A stretch of DNA of 64,000 nt, from positions 4,551 through 68,550 of the forward strand of contig JAZLLH010000061.1 of NCBI GenBank assembly GCA_045598025.1, in the 5' to 3' direction. This DNA comes from Bacteroidales bacterium (GTDB lineage: Bacteria; Bacteroidota; Bacteroidia; Bacteroidales; WCHB1-69). The notes under the pieces are model-generated. The model was given only the letters and a program-made list of their open reading frames with translations. It was not told the DNA's origin and ran no database searches. Both the position numbers and the translations under genes were made by a program. Positions 26,783 through 35,166 of this stretch are shown one piece after another. The number at the start of each line of letters is the position of its first letter. Position 1 is the first letter of the stretch.

Positions 26783-28129
26783 TTATTCAAAAATTTTTTT
26801 TATGTCCATGCCGTCAAAATTGCCTGAACTCATCATTAACAGATTCTTACATTTCCAATTCTGATTTTTTAACAGGGAAAAAAGGGCTTTGGAATCACTG
26901 AAAACGCGCAAATCCAGTCGGGCAAATGCCGATTTGACCATTTCTTCGGTAATCGGTGGAAGTTTTTTCAGCGCAATGGCGTGCGGATTGAAATAGACGA
27001 TGGCCTCGTCCGCTGCATCCATGGCATGCGCATACTGCTGCAGGAAAGATTCCGTCAGACTGCTGAATGTATGCAGTTCCATGCAGGCAACCAGATGACG
27101 TTCCCCGTCCTTTTCCTTCAATGCGGACACCGTTGCCTTGAGTTTGGAAGGAGAATGGGCAAAATCCTTGTACAATGCCTTTTCCCCATCTTCATACAAA
27201 AGTTCCAAACGATTGGAAGCCCCTCGGAAACTGCTGATGGCAGAAAAGAACTCTCCGTCCGTGATGCCTACACAGCGGCAGGCCTGGTAGGCGGCTCCGA
27301 TATTCGACAGATTGTGACGGCCGAACACCTGCAACGGATACATTTTGCCCTGATGACGGATAATGCATTGTTTATTCCCAATAGTATAATCAGGATGGGA
27401 ATAAGCCAGTTTCCGCGCCCGGACCGAAGGAGAAGCGGCTATTTTGCAGCAATTTTCATCTTCTGCACAATAAATCAGGCTGCCGTTTTCCGGAATCAGA
27501 CCGGCAAAAATCCGGAACTGCTCCACGTAGTTTTCGAAAGTAGGAAACACATTGACATGATCCCATGCGATTCCGCTGATGATACCGATAGTAGGCTGAT
27601 AAACGTGAAATTTCGGTCTGCGGTCAATAGGGGACGTCAGGTATTCGTCCCCTTCTATCACGATATAAGGCGCCTGACGGGTCAGACGGGTCATCACTTC
27701 GAAACCCTGCAGCTGTGCCCCTATCATATAATCGCAATCCCGTCCGCAGGCATTCATCACATGCAGTATCATGGACGTAATTGTGGTTTTTCCGTGACTG
27801 CCTCCCACCACAATGCGCGTCTTCTCTTTGGACTGCTCGTATATGAATTCCGGATAGGAATATATTTTCAATCCCAAACGTTTGGCTTCCAATAATTCCG
27901 GATTGTCCTCCCGGGCATGCATTCCCAAAATGACCGCATCCAGATCCGGTGTGATACAGGCTGCATTCCAACCTTCGTGATCGGGGAAAATCCCATATGC
28001 CTTCAAATGGGAAGCTGCCGGATCAAAAATTTCATCATCCGAACCGCTGACTTCGTATCCTTTCTGTTTCAATGAAATGGCTAAATTGTGCATGGCACTT
28101 CCGCCAATCGCGATAAAATGCACCTTCAT
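26783..28129 (-). CDS. mpl: UDP-N-acetylmuramate:L-alanyl-gamma-D-glutamyl-meso-diaminopimelate ligase
   Basis: MKVHFIAIGGSAMHNLAISLKQKGYEVSGSDDEIFDP and the Mur-ligase P-loop VGGSHGKTTITSM. ATG at 28127-28129. Confidence 0.88.
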   Translation of the reverse strand: MKVHFIAIGGSAMHNLAISLKQKGYEVSGSDDEIFDPAASHLKAYGIFPDHEGWNAACITPDLDAVILGMHAREDNPELLEAKRLGLKIYSYPEFIYEQSKEKTRIVVGGSHGKTTITSMILHVMNACGRDCDYMIGAQLQGFEVMTRLTRQAPYIVIEGDEYLTSPIDRRPKFHVYQPTIGIISGIAWDHVNVFPTFENYVEQFRIFAGLIPENGSLIYCAEDENCCKIAASPSVRARKLAYSHPDYTIGNKQCIIRHQGKMYPLQVFGRHNLSNIGAAYQACRCVGITDGEFFSAISSFRGASNRLELLYEDGEKALYKDFAHSPSKLKATVSALKEKDGERHLVACMELHTFSSLTESFLQQYAHAMDAADEAIVYFNPHAIALKKLPPITEEMVKSAFARLDLRVFSDSKALFSLLKNQNWKCKNLLMMSSGNFDGMDIKKIFE

Positions 28130-28131
28130 GT

Positions 28132-29307
28132 CTACTCGCAATGTTTTTTGACGTTCTCGTAACCGGCATAGGTCTTGGAGGAACGATCGGTGAATACAAT
28201 TCTGATCTGGTTGATGCGCAAGTCGGAAATGCGTCTGGATTTGTCTTGAAAAATAACAGGAACACGGTAACTGACAAATTCACTCAAAGTGATGATGCCG
28301 TTGCAACGGACGACCTGTTCCGACACTCCCGAGTCATCCGTCTGTATCTGCCGACTGCCATTGTAAGCAGTCAAGGTCAGTTCGATGTAGTCCACTTTTT
28401 TGGGGAAACAGTTGAAAAACTGGAAAGAAATGCCGCAGCTGCCGTTCTGATGAATCAGGCTCTTGCGCAACAGACATATTTCCCTGGACTGATATTTTTT
28501 CTGGGCTCCGGTCATCTGATTGGCCCATTCGAACAGATCATCATCCGAAAGGTCAGACGTTTTCTGACGGGTTTCGCTTTTTTCCCTGCGCATTTTCGGA
28601 GCCGGCGGCGTAATTTCCTCTTTCACAGGAACCGCTTCCACGATTTCCGGACTTTCCTGTACGGGAGCCGGCTGACGGACGGCAGAATCCGGCATCTGCA
28701 TCGCCCCACGCTGGAATAGCGTATCTATTTGTTTGTTTGAAAGGTGTTGCAAAGCACCCCCCTGCACCCGGAAATACACCAGGATGGAGGCATTTTCCGT
28801 TTTGTCCCATTCATAACGGCTCCATTCCACCGGAACATACGTACCGGACTGCAGGCGCGACGCATCGTAGGAAAACATGCCGCCGCACTTGTCCACGTCC
28901 AGCATGCGGCAGGCTGACCAATGTTCGTAACGACTGTTCCAATATGCTTTGGAATGCAGGTAGGGCAAAAGATACTCCCCTCGTTCCACAGGAACACAGA
29001 ATACATATTTGCCGGAAGCCAGACGGACAAATACAGACTGCTTGTACTTGAAAGTGGTGCGGACCACGTACTCCCTGTCAAATGCAATCATGGAAGAAGG
29101 ATGTTTTATTTTGCGCAACGGACGGTATTTTCCGTCCACCAGGACATAACCTTCACTATAGATCATCCGGCATACAGAATCATCCGGACGGGTCAGGAAT
29201 GCACGCTTGTTATGCACCTCTTTGACAGATAAAAACAAATCCGATTCCTGCGCACACAGAAATCCCGAAATGACCACGAAACAAACCAACAGAAACCAAT
29301 GTCTCAT
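28132..29307 (-). CDS. Hypothetical secreted protein (two domains joined by a Pro/Glu-rich linker)
   Basis: Signal peptide MRHWFLLVCFVVISGFLCAQ and linker PAPVQESPEIVEAVPVKEEITPPAPK. I recognise no family. The stop abuts the mpl start. Confidence 0.5.
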   Translation of the reverse strand: MRHWFLLVCFVVISGFLCAQESDLFLSVKEVHNKRAFLTRPDDSVCRMIYSEGYVLVDGKYRPLRKIKHPSSMIAFDREYVVRTTFKYKQSVFVRLASGKYVFCVPVERGEYLLPYLHSKAYWNSRYEHWSACRMLDVDKCGGMFSYDASRLQSGTYVPVEWSRYEWDKTENASILVYFRVQGGALQHLSNKQIDTLFQRGAMQMPDSAVRQPAPVQESPEIVEAVPVKEEITPPAPKMRREKSETRQKTSDLSDDDLFEWANQMTGAQKKYQSREICLLRKSLIHQNGSCGISFQFFNCFPKKVDYIELTLTAYNGSRQIQTDDSGVSEQVVRCNGIITLSEFVSYRVPVIFQDKSRRISDLRINQIRIVFTDRSSKTYAGYENVKKHCE

Positions 29308-29325
29308 CAGTAGAAATTTGAAAGT

Positions 29326-29333
29326 GCAAAATT
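29326..29333 (-). promoter_or_regulatory. -7 element TAATTTTG for the 28132..29307 gene / mpl operon
   Basis: TAnnTTTG match on the minus strand, 19 nt upstream of the ATG at 29307. Confidence 0.4.
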
Positions 29334-29393
29334 ACGAAAATTTTTATCGCAAAATCCAGACTGTGGTATGTATATTTTGTGGATATTTGCATT

Positions 29394-31259
29394 ATGTTTT
29401 TCTATCGGGCGAAACCGCATATTATCGTATTGGTATTGTTCCTTTTATTGGGATTTTCCTTCTCCGTGAACGGACAGGAGAGAGCCGATACGGCTACGGC
29501 TGCCCCCCAATCTTTCGTCCATAAGGACTCCAGTGTGTCCTACCTTCCCGTCATCCGGCAGTCCTATTCTGCATCATTTCCCTTTGTGGCCAACATCGGA
29601 GAAGTGGATACGGGTCTGTTCGGGGAACAAAATCGGGAAAGTCTGAGAGCATCCCGCAACCACTACGCCACTTTCAGCGTCATCGGCCGGGCTCACCAAT
29701 CCCTGAACTACCAGGAAGAGAATCGCAACGGATTTGTGTTCAAAACACTTCCCTATCCCTGCTACCTGCAAAGTCTGGATCAATGGAAACTGCTGCGTGT
29801 GGAAAAGGTATACACCATGCTGCGCTATGAATGGGGAAACGGACAGGAAAACTCTTTTGACGTGGAACACGCGCAGACTATCGGAAATTTTTCCTACAAT
29901 CTGGGACTGCAAACACATCTGGCAGAAGGCATCTATGTCAATGAAGGAGTACGCGATATCAATGTGGGATTCCACGGGCACCACTACTCTGACACCATGA
30001 GATACGGATTCGATATCACCTTTATATACAATCTGTTTCATCTGAATGAAAGCGGTGGCATCGTCCGACCCGAAGATTATGAATCCGACATGGAACCCCG
30101 GGCCATCGAAGTCAACACCCCCAATGCCTGGAACCACATGAACGATCAACACTACGGATACCGGCATTGGCTGAGACTGGGCGGACACAAGGACAGCAGC
30201 GGACATTTTTCCGGTCTGTGCGCCGGATACCTGATCCACCAGATTGATTACAAAAGAAACCGCAGCGTCTATTCGGACAAAACAGCCGATACCATTCTGC
30301 ATCAGAAAGTGCAGAATCAATTCCTGTGGAGCAACGCTGCTCCCGGAGAAGCCCAGGACTCCCTGTTCCGGATTGCCGCCGGACTGTCCCACGAATACGC
30401 CCAGGTAAAAGACAGTCTCTCAAACTTTCACAGCCAGATCTGGAGCGTAAAAGCCTTCATAGGCGTTCCTCTGAAAAAAGCCGGAAATTGGGAGAACCAT
30501 TTCCGGTACTGCATGAGCGGATACAATGCTAATGACTTAGATTATAGAACATTGTATACAATTCCGTATTTCAGAAAAACAGACGACAGCACACGAAAAC
30601 GCAAGGGATTTTTCCAGGCAGGATTCCATTACAATCTCTTTGCCCCCGATTACTATATCAGCAGGCAGGCACCCGGAAAATTGAAGAAACAGCAAGGCAT
30701 GACCATGCACGCTACATTGAATTTCAGGAATATGGAGATAACAGGCCGCTATTTCCTCTCGGCCAGGCACACTTTTCTGAACGAAAATCTGCAAGCCGTA
30801 CAATTGAGCGGAACTGCACACATTCTGCAGGGAGAAGTATTCCTGCCACTCCGTTGGAAGGGATTCGGCGCAGACCTCCACCTGTATGCCCAACATTGCG
30901 ACAATGATTCCCTACATCTGCCGGTCCTTTCAACCCGTAACGCTGTTTACTACGGATTTCCGCTTTTCCACAATGGAATGTATCTGCAGTTGGGAGCTGA
31001 AATGATGTATTTCAGTGCCTTCCAGGCCGATGGCTATCGTGCTTCCGCCCAACAGTTCTACACCCAATTCGACACAGAAATAGGAAATGATTTCTACGTC
31101 AATGCCTTTATCAATGTGCGCATAGAGCATTTTCATTTTTATGCGGCCGCCACCAACCTCATGAACACGCTGGCGGACACACATCCCTTCCAGATTCCCT
31201 ACTATCCGGCCAAAGGAACGGGATTCCGCGTCGGCGTATCCTGGCGTTTCTATGACTGA
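29394..31259 (+). CDS. Putative outer-membrane beta-barrel (porin-like) protein
   Basis: Signal-like N-terminus, alternating aromatic/polar beta-strand pattern, C-terminal GFRVGVSWRFYD. ATG at 29394. Confidence 0.55.
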   Translation: MFFYRAKPHIIVLVLFLLLGFSFSVNGQERADTATAAPQSFVHKDSSVSYLPVIRQSYSASFPFVANIGEVDTGLFGEQNRESLRASRNHYATFSVIGRAHQSLNYQEENRNGFVFKTLPYPCYLQSLDQWKLLRVEKVYTMLRYEWGNGQENSFDVEHAQTIGNFSYNLGLQTHLAEGIYVNEGVRDINVGFHGHHYSDTMRYGFDITFIYNLFHLNESGGIVRPEDYESDMEPRAIEVNTPNAWNHMNDQHYGYRHWLRLGGHKDSSGHFSGLCAGYLIHQIDYKRNRSVYSDKTADTILHQKVQNQFLWSNAAPGEAQDSLFRIAAGLSHEYAQVKDSLSNFHSQIWSVKAFIGVPLKKAGNWENHFRYCMSGYNANDLDYRTLYTIPYFRKTDDSTRKRKGFFQAGFHYNLFAPDYYISRQAPGKLKKQQGMTMHATLNFRNMEITGRYFLSARHTFLNENLQAVQLSGTAHILQGEVFLPLRWKGFGADLHLYAQHCDNDSLHLPVLSTRNAVYYGFPLFHNGMYLQLGAEMMYFSAFQADGYRASAQQFYTQFDTEIGNDFYVNAFINVRIEHFHFYAAATNLMNTLADTHPFQIPYYPAKGTGFRVGVSWRFYD

Positions 31260-31344
31260 CCATACTAAACACGATATTTTGACGTTTTAAATAATCAGAA
31301 CCGACTCATCGAGAAAGAATATAACATATCAAAAACTCAAAACT

Positions 31345-32805
31345 ATGATAGATTTAAGCAAATTGGATTCGAAATTAGTATGGGAGAACTTCCAGCACAT
31401 CTGCTCCTTCCCCCATCCCTCCAAACACGAAGGCAAAATCACTGCTTTTCTGATGCAGTGGGCCAAAGAACACCATATTGAAGCCCGGCAGGACGCCATC
31501 GGCAACATCATTATGAGCAAACCTGCCACTCCGGGTATGGAAAACCGAAAAATGGCCATACTGCAAGGACATATTGACATGGTTCCCCAAAAAAATTCCG
31601 ACAAGAAACACGACTTCCTGACCGATCCCATCGAAATGCGGGTGTGTGAAGACGGCTGGGTACGTGCCAACGGAACCACCCTCGGTGCCGACAATGGCAT
31701 AGGCGTGGCTGCTGCCATGAGCGTCATGCAATCCGACAATCTGGTTCACGGACCGCTGGAGGCCCTGATTACGGTGGACGAAGAAACCGGCATGACCGGT
31801 GCTTCCAATCTGAAAGCCGGCGAACTGAAAGGAGATATTTTCCTGAACATGGATTCCGAGACCGAAGGCGAACTTTATGTGGGCTGCGCCGGCGGATTGG
31901 ACGCCACCCTGGAACTTCCTTTCACAGAGACAGCCACACCGGCCGGTATGAAAGCCTACCGCATCGAACTGACCGGATTCAAAGGCGGACATTCCGGTAT
32001 GGACATCAATTTGGGAAGAGCCAATGCCAACAAACTCATCAACCGCCTGCTGCGCAAAGCGACAGTGGAATGCGGAATGCGTCTGTCCAGCATTGACGGA
32101 GGCAGCCTCCGCAATGCTATTCCGAGAGAAGCCTTTGCCGTGGTGGCAGTTCCTGCCGACCAGACTGCTGCTTTTGAAAAATTAGTCAGCAATTTCGCCA
32201 ATACCGTCAAAAATGAATTTTCGGCCACCGAACCGGATGGTAATATCGTAGCCAAAGTCGTAGACACGCCCGCCAAAGTCATGGATCTGAAATGCCAAAA
32301 CAATGTCATCAACACTGTATACGCCATGCCTAACGGTGTGCTCCGCATGAGCGATTCCATGGAAAACCTGGTGGAAACCTCTTCCAACCTGGCCATTGTC
32401 AAATCCGAGAACTGCAAAGTCACCATCATGTGCCTGCTCCGCAGTTCCGTAGATTCCGCCAAGGAAGCCGTCGGCGAACGCATGACCTGCATTGCGGAAA
32501 TGACCGGTGCCAGAATCAGCCTGACCGGTGCTTATCCGGGATGGAAACCCAATATGGAATCTCCCATTCTGAAAACCATGATGAACACCTACCGCAAACT
32601 TTTCAACAAAGATCCCGAAACCAAGGCCATTCACGCCGGTTTGGAATGTGGTCTGCTGGGCGGCGTTTATCCGAACTGGGATATGATTTCCTTCGGACCC
32701 ACCATTATGCACCCGCACTCCCCCGATGAAAGAGTCAACATCGAGAGTGTGGACCGTTTCTGGAAATTCCTGGTCGAAACATTGGCCAATATCCCCACTA
32801 GATAA
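31345..32805 (+). CDS. pepD: Aminoacyl-histidine (Xaa-His) dipeptidase, M20 family
   Basis: PHPSKHEGKI, LQGHIDMVPQKN, GTTLGADNGIGVA, VDEETGMTGA. 486 aa. Confidence 0.9.
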   Translation: MIDLSKLDSKLVWENFQHICSFPHPSKHEGKITAFLMQWAKEHHIEARQDAIGNIIMSKPATPGMENRKMAILQGHIDMVPQKNSDKKHDFLTDPIEMRVCEDGWVRANGTTLGADNGIGVAAAMSVMQSDNLVHGPLEALITVDEETGMTGASNLKAGELKGDIFLNMDSETEGELYVGCAGGLDATLELPFTETATPAGMKAYRIELTGFKGGHSGMDINLGRANANKLINRLLRKATVECGMRLSSIDGGSLRNAIPREAFAVVAVPADQTAAFEKLVSNFANTVKNEFSATEPDGNIVAKVVDTPAKVMDLKCQNNVINTVYAMPNGVLRMSDSMENLVETSSNLAIVKSENCKVTIMCLLRSSVDSAKEAVGERMTCIAEMTGARISLTGAYPGWKPNMESPILKTMMNTYRKLFNKDPETKAIHAGLECGLLGGVYPNWDMISFGPTIMHPHSPDERVNIESVDRFWKFLVETLANIPTR

Positions 32806-32819
32806 AAAAGAAAATGACC

Positions 32820-32848
32820 GCATGCCCGGCTCACCCGGGCATGCTTTT
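32820..32848 (+). terminator. Intrinsic terminator after pepD
   Basis: 10-bp GC-rich stem gcatgcccgg / ccgggcatgc with a 5-nt loop, followed by TTTT. Confidence 0.75.
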
Positions 32849-32858
32849 CCATCACACC

Positions 32859-33329
32859 ATGCATCACAAACGGAAACTGATATTCGTACTCCTGCTATCA
32901 GCAGTCTTTATTGGCACTTCGTGCAGTAAATACGAAGAAGGACCTTGGCTGAGTTTTACAAAAAAAGAAAACCGCATCCGCGGCTTTTGGGAACTTTGTT
33001 CCATAAGCAAAAACGGAGAAAACACCAACGAAACTCCCAGTGATGTGGAATCAAAGGAAGGCACCTGGGAATTCTATCGCACCCACACTCTGCTGATCAC
33101 CTACTACAACGGAGCATCCACTCTGAAAAGCGAAGGATCGTGGGAATTCAGTGAAAACAAGGAAAATCTGGACCTCCACTTCACCACCCGCTATGCCTCC
33201 TTAGACCGTTCCTACGAAATTGTCAAACTGACCACCAAGGAAATGAAACTCCGATACGTGGACAAAGCGGGAGACCGGTGGATACTCACTTTTTCTATTC
33301 TGCAATCATTTAACGGATATGCTTACTGA
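32859..33329 (+). CDS. Lipocalin-like lipoprotein
   Basis: ORF 32814 trimmed to the ATG at 32859 (MHHKRKLIFVLLLSAVFIGTSC lipobox). Repeated G(T/S)WEF motifs. Confidence 0.5.
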   Translation: MHHKRKLIFVLLLSAVFIGTSCSKYEEGPWLSFTKKENRIRGFWELCSISKNGENTNETPSDVESKEGTWEFYRTHTLLITYYNGASTLKSEGSWEFSENKENLDLHFTTRYASLDRSYEIVKLTTKEMKLRYVDKAGDRWILTFSILQSFNGYAY

Positions 33330-35097
33330 ACAACGGATATCGGACTTTTTTCACCGCCTTCCCTCCCGCGTGTCGGAACAAAATATAGTGCTGATACTGA
33401 GCCTGATTGTCGGAATTATATCCTCCACTGCCGCTATCATCCTCAAAAATTCCGTATTCTACACCCACCATCTGCTGCAGAATGCTTTTCCTAAAAACGA
33501 ATACAATCTGCTGTATTTGGCTTTTCCCATCATAGGCATCACTTTGACCGTACTGTTTATCAAATATTTTGTCAAAGACGACCTCAGTCACGGCGTGACC
33601 AAAATTCTATACGCCATCGGCCGGAACAATGGAAAAATCAAACGGCACCACACTTACTCCTCTCTGGTTACCAGTACCCTGACTGTCGGATTCGGCGGTT
33701 CTGTCGGATTGGAAGCACCCATCGCCCTGACCGGTTCGGCCATCGGCTCCCAATTAGGCTCGCTTTTCAAATTGAGCAACAAATCCTTGATTCTGCTTAC
33801 CGCCTGCGGCACTTCCGCTGCCGTCGCTGCCATTTTCAATGCACCTATTGCCGGCATGCTGTTTGCCATTGAAATTCTGATGCTGGACATGACGGCGTCT
33901 TCGCTGATGCCGCTGCTGGTCTCCGTAGTAACTGCCACCTCTTTTTCCTATCTGTTTTTAGGAAAAGACGTCATGTTCAACGAAATTCCGTCGGATCTGG
34001 ATTACGCCATGAAAAACCTGATATGGTACATCATACTGGGAATACTCACCGGATTCATGTCCGTCTATTTCGTCCGGACCAACGATTGGATCAGCCGGAA
34101 ATTTTCCGGTATCCGCAAACCCGGACTGAAAATTCTTTTAGGAGGCAGTATCCTGAGCCTGCTCATTTTTGTTTTTCCAACCTTTTTCGGTGAAGGATAC
34201 GAGATGCTGGCCTCCATTATGAACGGAAACGGCCATATCGTATTCAACAACAGTCCTCTTTACATGCTGCAGTTCAACGATGCCACACTGTTGCTCTTCC
34301 TGCTGGCCCTGCTTCTGCTCAAACCTTTTGCCACTGCTTTCACCAACGCAGCCGGCGGTATTGGAGGCGTGTTTGCCCCATCCCTCTTTGTGGGTGGCAT
34401 GGTGGGATTCATTCTCGTCACTTTCGGTAATACCTTCCTCGGACTGCATCTTTCCGTCATCAATTTCACATTAGCGGGAATGGCCGGTGTCATGGGAAGC
34501 ATTATGAAAGCTCCGCTGATGGCCATTTTCCTCATTGCAGAAATATCCGGTGGATACCAGCTTCTGATACCTCTGATACTTTGCGCAGTATCTTCATATA
34601 TTCTGTTCTATGCCTTTGAAAAATATTCGGTATACACCAAACCCTTAGCCAAACAGGGTGACCTGATTACGCACGACAAGAACAAACAGGCCCTGATACA
34701 GCTGAAAGTAACCGATTCCATAGAAACCGACTTCCAATGCGTTCGCCCGTACGCTACGCTGTCCGACCTGACCATGGTCATTGAAAATTCCAAACGGAAT
34801 ATCTTTCCCATGGTGGACGAAGAGGGTATTTTTTACGGACTGGTCATATTGGACGATGTGAGGAAACTGATGTTCCATCCCGAAAACTACCACCTGCACG
34901 TGGATGAATTTGCTTTCATGCCAAAGGAATCCATACACCCGGAAGAATCCATGTTCAGCGTGGTTCGCAAATTCGAGACATCCGGCAACTATAATATGCC
35001 CGTTATTGACGAATACGGAAAATACTACGGTTTTATCTCCCGCGCCAACGTCTACACCAAGTACAGGGAATACATAGAGGAGATATCAGAAGACTGA
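33319..35097 (+). CDS. ClC-family chloride channel/antiporter with C-terminal CBS pair
   Basis: GGSVGLEAPI, GIGGVFAPSLF, multiple TM segments, and two CBS-like repeats at the C-terminus. Confidence 0.88.
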   Translation: MLTEQRISDFFHRLPSRVSEQNIVLILSLIVGIISSTAAIILKNSVFYTHHLLQNAFPKNEYNLLYLAFPIIGITLTVLFIKYFVKDDLSHGVTKILYAIGRNNGKIKRHHTYSSLVTSTLTVGFGGSVGLEAPIALTGSAIGSQLGSLFKLSNKSLILLTACGTSAAVAAIFNAPIAGMLFAIEILMLDMTASSLMPLLVSVVTATSFSYLFLGKDVMFNEIPSDLDYAMKNLIWYIILGILTGFMSVYFVRTNDWISRKFSGIRKPGLKILLGGSILSLLIFVFPTFFGEGYEMLASIMNGNGHIVFNNSPLYMLQFNDATLLLFLLALLLLKPFATAFTNAAGGIGGVFAPSLFVGGMVGFILVTFGNTFLGLHLSVINFTLAGMAGVMGSIMKAPLMAIFLIAEISGGYQLLIPLILCAVSSYILFYAFEKYSVYTKPLAKQGDLITHDKNKQALIQLKVTDSIETDFQCVRPYATLSDLTMVIENSKRNIFPMVDEEGIFYGLVILDDVRKLMFHPENYHLHVDEFAFMPKESIHPEESMFSVVRKFETSGNYNMPVIDEYGKYYGFISRANVYTKYREYIEEISED

Positions 35098-35166
35098 TAT
35101 CCGCTGCCCGCTTTGAAATTTCACTGATCTTTGCAAACATTAAACCGACAGTTAGACCATTACAAA

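Noticed and set aside
33200-33330. Possible fluoride or other riboswitch ahead of the ClC channel gene
   Set aside because: There is no free leader, because the ClC start overlaps the preceding lipoprotein gene by 11 nt. The protein is also the long CBS-containing ClC type, not the fluoride-specific type.
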